Positions 58,748 to 64,000 of a stretch of 64,000 nt of DNA are shown piece after piece. Each line of letters opens with the position of its first letter. Position 1 is the stretch's first letter. The position numbers and the translations under genes were made by a program. The notes under the pieces are model-generated. The model was given only the letters and a program-made list of their open reading frames with translations, had not been told where the DNA came from and searched no databases. The stretch comes from Clostridiales bacterium (GTDB lineage Bacteria; Bacillota; Clostridia; Christensenellales; UBA1242): the NCBI GenBank assembly GCA_918292005.1, contig CAKJZJ010000007.1, positions 85,411 to 149,410 of the forward strand. Direction: 5' to 3'.

Positions 58748-60121
58748 TTAGTTGAATTGAATTCTTTCTTCGATATATTTCTCTACTTCGTCCATTGGGA
58801 GTCGGATTTGTTCCATGGTATCTCTATCACGGATGGTAACTGTATTATCTTCTAGAGTATCGAAGTCAATGGTTATAGAGAATGGTACACCGATCTCGTC
58901 TTGACGGCGATATCTTTTACCTATGGAGCCTGCTTCGTCATATACGCAAGGGAATTTTTTGGTAAGTTTATTATATAATTCTAGTGCTTTTTCATTTATA
59001 TTCTTTTGCAATGGTAGAATGGCTGCTTTGTATGGAGCGATAGCAGGGTGGAATTTCATTACCACTCTAGTATCTCCACCTTCTAGGGTTTCTTCATTGT
59101 ATGCTTCTGTTAGTACTGCTAGCATTAGTCTGTCTGCACCTATAGAGTATTCGATTACATTAGGAATATATTTTTCATTGGTTACAGGGTCTAGGTATAG
59201 CATGGATTTGCCACTGAATTCTTGGTGACGAGTTAGGTCGTGGGTAGAACGATGATGTATACCATTTAGTTCGCTCCAGCCCATAGGGAATAGGTAGAAA
59301 ATATCGCAGGCAGCCTTGGCATAGAATGCTAGTTTCTCATGGTCGTGATATTTCAAGTGATCTTCACTAAATCCTAGGTCTAAAAGGAATTGTTTTGCTC
59401 TAGCTTTGTAGTCATTGTAAAAGTCGAAACTATCGCTTTCTTTACAGAATTTTTGCAATTCCATCTGTTCAAATTCTATTGTCCTAAAAATGAAATTTCC
59501 TGGGGTAATTTCGTTACGGAAAGACTTGCCTATTTGTGCTATAGCGAAAGGTACTTTGGCACGCATAGATCTCTGTACATTCAGGAAATTTACATATTCG
59601 CCTTGGCAGGTTTCTGGACGTAGATATACTACATCTTTTTCGCCATCTAGTGTGCCACGACTGGTCTCAAACATGAGTTTAAATTGTCTAATAGGTGTCC
59701 AATTAAAATTACCACAATGTGGGCATTTGATTTTATTATCTTCGATATATTTTTGCATTTCTTCTTGTGTCATCGCTTCGGCAGAAATTGTGCCTTTGGA
59801 GTGTTCTTCGATTAGATTGTCTGCACGGAATCTCTGTTTGCACGATTTGCAGTCCATTTTTGGATCGGAGAAATTTTGTGTGTGACCACTGGCATCCCAT
59901 ACTCTAGGATTCATCAGTATTGCAGCATCTACGCCGTATGTAGCAGGGTCTTCTTGTACAAATCTTTTCCACCAAGCACGTTTGATATTATTCTTTATTT
60001 CTACGCCTACAGGGCCATAGTCCCAGGTATTACCCATGCCACCATAGATTTCGCTACCCTGGAATATTATACCCCTTTGTTTGCATAGATTGACTATTTT
60101 GTCCATTGTTACATTTGCCAT
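58748..60121 (-). CDS. glyQS: Glycine--tRNA ligase (single-chain GlyQS type)
   Basis: GIIFQGSEIYGG, FRNEITPGNFIFRTIEFEQMELQ. Preceded by a T-box with a GGC specifier. Confidence 0.9.
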   Translation of the reverse strand: MANVTMDKIVNLCKQRGIIFQGSEIYGGMGNTWDYGPVGVEIKNNIKRAWWKRFVQEDPATYGVDAAILMNPRVWDASGHTQNFSDPKMDCKSCKQRFRADNLIEEHSKGTISAEAMTQEEMQKYIEDNKIKCPHCGNFNWTPIRQFKLMFETSRGTLDGEKDVVYLRPETCQGEYVNFLNVQRSMRAKVPFAIAQIGKSFRNEITPGNFIFRTIEFEQMELQKFCKESDSFDFYNDYKARAKQFLLDLGFSEDHLKYHDHEKLAFYAKAACDIFYLFPMGWSELNGIHHRSTHDLTRHQEFSGKSMLYLDPVTNEKYIPNVIEYSIGADRLMLAVLTEAYNEETLEGGDTRVVMKFHPAIAPYKAAILPLQKNINEKALELYNKLTKKFPCVYDEAGSIGKRYRRQDEIGVPFSITIDFDTLEDNTVTIRDRDTMEQIRLPMDEVEKYIEERIQFN

Positions 60122-60149
60122 ATATTTGTCTCCTTTTTTTATTTTTGAT

Positions 60150-60380
60150 TTGAAAACAAAAAGTCCCCAAATCTACTAATCAATAGATTGTAAGGGACGA
60201 TATTATTAACCGCGGTTCCACCCTAATTGACACTATAAATTTTAGTGTCCACTTTTAATTTTTTTTACGTGTAAATTATTAAAACACGGATATACAATAT
60301 CTATCCTATGCAAGTTGCCAATTTGCTTTATAACGGACTATCCAAAGTATAGCACCGTGGGAGTATTAAAGCAAGTGTTT
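60150..60380 (-). promoter_or_regulatory. T-box leader (Gly, GGC specifier) with terminator
   Basis: On the minus strand: stem I TTGCTTTAA...TTATAAAGCAA, specifier AAATT-GGC-A (plus 60317-60319), T-box AATTAGGGTGGAACCGCGG (plus 60210-60228), and terminator GTCCC...GGGGAC plus U-run. Confidence 0.85.
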
Positions 60381-60541
60381 TTATTCTTATTTATATACAA
60401 AAATATGCGTATATGTGCGTAAATACAAATAATTTCTTTGGAAAAAACGTAAGTATATGCTAATATACTAGTAGAAATATAATTGTATTCACTATGAGTA
60501 TAGTAGTGCTAAAAATATTCTAATATACAAAGGTTGGCAGT

Positions 60542-63310
60542 ATGAGTAATAGCAAAACAACGAAAAAGAAAAAGTCTACAGCAAAGTCATCTAAGAAAAA
60601 GACGACTCGTGTAAACACTAAGAAAAAGGTTCAGAAGGCTCCAGCAAAAGTAAAACCCGAAGAAGAATTGGTGGAAGGATACCTAGTACTCGATGAAAAT
60701 ACCGAAGCACAAGCTGTCTTTGCAAAAATTGCCGAGGGTGTGAAAGATGAGCCAGAGACTCAGACTCAGAGCGTGGAGAGTGTGGAGACGGCGAATGTCG
60801 AGACGATATCTAAAGAAGAAGAACATGTAGAAGAGCAGAAGGGTGCTCATAAAAAGGGTAAGATGGAGAAGGCTAAAAAAGAGCCAATGATAAAAGCTCC
60901 TAGGATTATTCCTAAAGAAGAAGAACACCACTCTAATAAAGACTACAAAAAGAAGAAAGCAAATGTCGAGATAGTTAGATTCAATCCTACAGCAACTGAC
61001 GGTCTAACTGCCGAGCAGATAACACAGAGAATAAACGAGGGACTTACCAATAAAGTTCAGTCGAAGAATACCAAGACATATAGAAGTATAATCCTTGGCA
61101 ATATATTTACATTCTTCAATATTCTATGTTTCCTAGTGGCTGGTGCGCTAATTGTAGTAGGATCATGGACAGATTGTTTCTTTCTAGTAATAGTACTTGC
61201 CAATATGCTCATTGGTATCATTCAGGAAATTAGAGCGAAAAAGACTATAGAAAAAATTTCTCTAGTATCTTCACCGACGGCTATTGTTATTAGAGATAAA
61301 TTTGAGAGCAAAATACCAGTAAGTGATGTGGTACTAGATGACGTTATGGTATTGCAGACTGGCAAGCAGGTATGTGCCGACTGTATAGTAATGGAAGGCT
61401 CGGTAGAAGTGAATGAGAGTCTGCTAACTGGTGAGAGTGTATCTATCAAAAAAGAAGTAGGAGACACTCTATATAGTGGTAGTTTCATTGTAGGTGGTAA
61501 ATGCCTAGCGAAAGTAGAGAAGGTGGGTAATAATACCTATACTGCGAAACTAGCTGCTCAGGCTAAACAATACCAAAAGCCTAAGAGTGAACTTATGGGT
61601 ACTCTGAATGTTATAATAACCATCATTGGTATTATAATCATACCTTTGTCCGTATTAATGTTTTTGAATAACTACAATCAGTTGGATAATAACCTAGTAG
61701 AAACTGTAGAAAAAACTGCCGGTTCTATGATAGGAATGATACCATCTGGAATGTTCTTGCTCACATCTATGGCATTAGCAGTGGGTGTAATCAAATTAGC
61801 AAAAAGAAGAACACTGGTACAAGACCTTTATTCTATAGAAATGCTAGCCAGAACAGATGTGTTGTGTCTAGATAAAACTGGTACAATTACAGATGGCACT
61901 ATGAAAGTTAGCAATGTTATTCAATTAAAAACCGACTTTAAATATACCATAGATCATCTGATAGGCTCCATGCTTACAGCATTAGATGATAATAATCAGA
62001 CGAGCCGTGCTATGATTCAGCACTTTGGATATAGCAAAGAATTGACTGCTATTAAGGTGTTACCTTTCAATAGTACTAGGAAAATGAGTGGTGTTACTTT
62101 CGCAAATCACGAGACGTTTATCTTCGGTGCACCAGAATTTGTACTTCGTACCAAAAATGTACCGGTAGAAGAATTGGTAAAAACATATGCTAGCAAAGGC
62201 TTCCGTGTAATATTAGTGGCACAATGTGAAGGCGAATTGGAAGACGATAAAGTTCCACTCAAAAGAGAGCCTGTGGCACTCATAGTTATCGAAGACCATA
62301 TTCGTGAAGATGCTCCACAGACTATTGCATGGTTTAAAGAAAATGGTGTAGAGATAAAAATTATATCTGGTGATAATCCAGTTACCGTAAGTGAAGTTAG
62401 CCGTAGGGTAGGTGTAGAGAATGCCGATAGATATATTAGTCTAGAAGGTCTCAGCCAACAACAGGTAATTGATGCTGCCGATCAATATACAGTATTCGGA
62501 CGTGTTAGCCCAGAGCAAAAGAGCATTCTAGTAAAGGCTCTGAAATCTAAAGGACACAAAGTAGCAATGACTGGTGATGGTGTCAATGATATACTTGCGC
62601 TCAAAGAAGCTGACTGTAGTATAGCCATGGCTAGTGGCTCGGAAGCAACCAGACTAGTGAGCAACCTAGTGCTAATGGATAGCAATTTCGCTAGCATGCC
62701 TAGCGTAGTAGCCGAAGGTAGAAGAGTTATTAATAACGTACAGAAGTCTTCTTCGCTATTCCTAATGAAAACACTATTTACTATACTATTGTCTATATTC
62801 TGTTTGATAATCAAAACCAACTATCCATTCACTACCAAACAGGTATTGCTACTAGAAGTACTAGTCATTGGTATTCCATCATTCTTCTTGGCATTACAGC
62901 CGAATAATGAACAAATCAAAGGTAAATTCTTGATAAATGTCTTGTCCAAGTCTTTGCCTAGTGCGATAATACTATTCTTAAATGTTCTAGCATGTTATTT
63001 CTTTGATAGATTGCTAGGTACTGATGGTCAATTCCAAACAATGGCATCTATTGCGATTACATTTGTAGGACTATTCATACTATTCAGAATTTGTAAACCA
63101 TTTGATGTATTTAGGGGCATAATGTATGCTGCGATGATTACTCTATGTGCAGTAGTATTAATTATACCTAATTGGAGACTATTCCTAGAATACCAGACAT
63201 TGACATTACAAAATATACTATTTATATGCTGTCTAGTACAGGCATCTTATCCTACATACAGTGTGATAGTCACTGGACTGGATAAATTATTTAATTTCAA
63301 AAAAGAATAA
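60542..63310 (+). CDS. Cation-transporting P-type ATPase with a ~150-aa K-rich N-terminal extension
   Basis: CLDKTGTITDG, MTGDGVNDILALKEADCSIAM, ~10 TM helices. Confidence 0.85.
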   Translation: MSNSKTTKKKKSTAKSSKKKTTRVNTKKKVQKAPAKVKPEEELVEGYLVLDENTEAQAVFAKIAEGVKDEPETQTQSVESVETANVETISKEEEHVEEQKGAHKKGKMEKAKKEPMIKAPRIIPKEEEHHSNKDYKKKKANVEIVRFNPTATDGLTAEQITQRINEGLTNKVQSKNTKTYRSIILGNIFTFFNILCFLVAGALIVVGSWTDCFFLVIVLANMLIGIIQEIRAKKTIEKISLVSSPTAIVIRDKFESKIPVSDVVLDDVMVLQTGKQVCADCIVMEGSVEVNESLLTGESVSIKKEVGDTLYSGSFIVGGKCLAKVEKVGNNTYTAKLAAQAKQYQKPKSELMGTLNVIITIIGIIIIPLSVLMFLNNYNQLDNNLVETVEKTAGSMIGMIPSGMFLLTSMALAVGVIKLAKRRTLVQDLYSIEMLARTDVLCLDKTGTITDGTMKVSNVIQLKTDFKYTIDHLIGSMLTALDDNNQTSRAMIQHFGYSKELTAIKVLPFNSTRKMSGVTFANHETFIFGAPEFVLRTKNVPVEELVKTYASKGFRVILVAQCEGELEDDKVPLKREPVALIVIEDHIREDAPQTIAWFKENGVEIKIISGDNPVTVSEVSRRVGVENADRYISLEGLSQQQVIDAADQYTVFGRVSPEQKSILVKALKSKGHKVAMTGDGVNDILALKEADCSIAMASGSEATRLVSNLVLMDSNFASMPSVVAEGRRVINNVQKSSSLFLMKTLFTILLSIFCLIIKTNYPFTTKQVLLLEVLVIGIPSFFLALQPNNEQIKGKFLINVLSKSLPSAIILFLNVLACYFFDRLLGTDGQFQTMASIAITFVGLFILFRICKPFDVFRGIMYAAMITLCAVVLIIPNWRLFLEYQTLTLQNILFICCLVQASYPTYSVIVTGLDKLFNFKKE

Positions 63311-63318
63311 GGTAAAGT

Positions 63319-64000
63319 ATGTACACATATACCAATATTAAAAAAATTAATAAATCGGTAGAGAGAAATCTGCAAAAATTTGTATTAGATACAGAGAGCA
63401 CATATCGTGGGCAATTATTTACCGTTGCTAATAAAATTATTGCAAAAAATAAAGTAAAAATAGTATTGCTCGCCGGCCCTAGTTGTGCAGGTAAAACTAC
63501 AACTGCCAAACTTATAAAACAGATACTAGAACTCAAAGGTAGAGAAGTACAAGTCATATCTATGGACGATTTCTTTATCGATCTAGATAAAAGAAAAAAA
63601 TTGCCAGATGGCAGTATCGATTACGATAGCCCAGAAGTGCTGAATTATGATTTAATGAAAGAGTGCTTTAGTAAACTTTTCTCAGGTCAGGATACATATT
63701 TCCCAGAGTATGACTTTAAAAATAGCAAAAGCATACCTAATAGCAAATTGTATAAGTACAAATTTAATTCAATAATCATATTCGAAGGTATCCATGTGCT
63801 TAATCCTAAACTGCTCAAAAACCTAGGAACTAAAGACTACTTTAGATTGTACGTCAGCCCACTCAATTCATTTAAAAATGACGAACACAATATGACCACT
63901 AAAGATCTAAGACTGCTACGTAGAGTGGTTAGGGATATCAAACGTAGGAATACTCCTGCTAGTAAGACTATGGAGATATGGCCGGGTGTGGTAGATGTAG
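63319..64000 (+). CDS. Uridine kinase-family nucleoside kinase, 3' end beyond the window
   Basis: P-loop LLAGPSCAGKTT, ISMDDFF, IIFEGIH. ATG 63319. Open to the window end. Confidence 0.6.
   Translation, partial: MYTYTNIKKINKSVERNLQKFVLDTESTYRGQLFTVANKIIAKNKVKIVLLAGPSCAGKTTTAKLIKQILELKGREVQVISMDDFFIDLDKRKKLPDGSIDYDSPEVLNYDLMKECFSKLFSGQDTYFPEYDFKNSKSIPNSKLYKYKFNSIIIFEGIHVLNPKLLKNLGTKDYFRLYVSPLNSFKNDEHNMTTKDLRLLRRVVRDIKRRNTPASKTMEIWPGVVDV

Noticed and set aside
1-64000. CRISPR arrays, rRNA genes, intact IS elements or transposases, and alternative genetic code.
   Set aside because: I saw no regularly spaced direct repeats, no rRNA-like conserved stretches and no transposase motifs. Long ORFs close normally with TAA, TAG or TGA, so there is no sign of stop-codon reassignment.

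Overview
All calls come from reading the sequence and ORF track by eye. No searches were run, and family names rest on visible motifs only.

The window splits into two parts.

**(1) Positions 1 to ~20,240: an AT-rich accessory island.** It looks like a defence-gene and mobile-element graveyard. In order it contains:
- a DUF2075-like nuclease/ATPase, with a truncated NUDIX gene upstream of it;
- a helicase IV-like SF1 helicase;
- a serine-recombinase stub;
- an ~250-bp non-coding segment with two tandem near-consensus promoters and a dyad-symmetric RNA/DNA architecture;
- a tightly coupled four-gene operon: a small basic protein, an Upf1/DNA2-like helicase, an unknown 469-aa protein, and a DEDDh exonuclease with a BRCT-like tail. 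I cannot place this operon in any named defence system;
- a Type III restriction-modification pair;
- an orphan polytopic membrane protein;
- a possible KwaB-like gene convergent with a 4-TM protein;
- a tyrosine-integrase stub.

Three different tRNA 3'-end relics, all on the + strand, separate these modules.

**(2) Positions ~20,240 to 64,000: ordinary core chromosome of a low-GC, Bacillota-like organism.** It carries an S-box riboswitch upstream of metK and a T-box leader upstream of glyQS. Other recognisable genes are ftsH, rpmH-rnpA-yidD-yidC-jag, tex, vanW, cca, tilS, a P-type ATPase and a udk-like gene. There are also two translationally coupled giant surface proteins. A dense DnaA-box cluster with an AT-rich tract lies between tex and vanW, and no dnaA is in the window.

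I found no rRNA gene, intact tRNA gene or CRISPR array.
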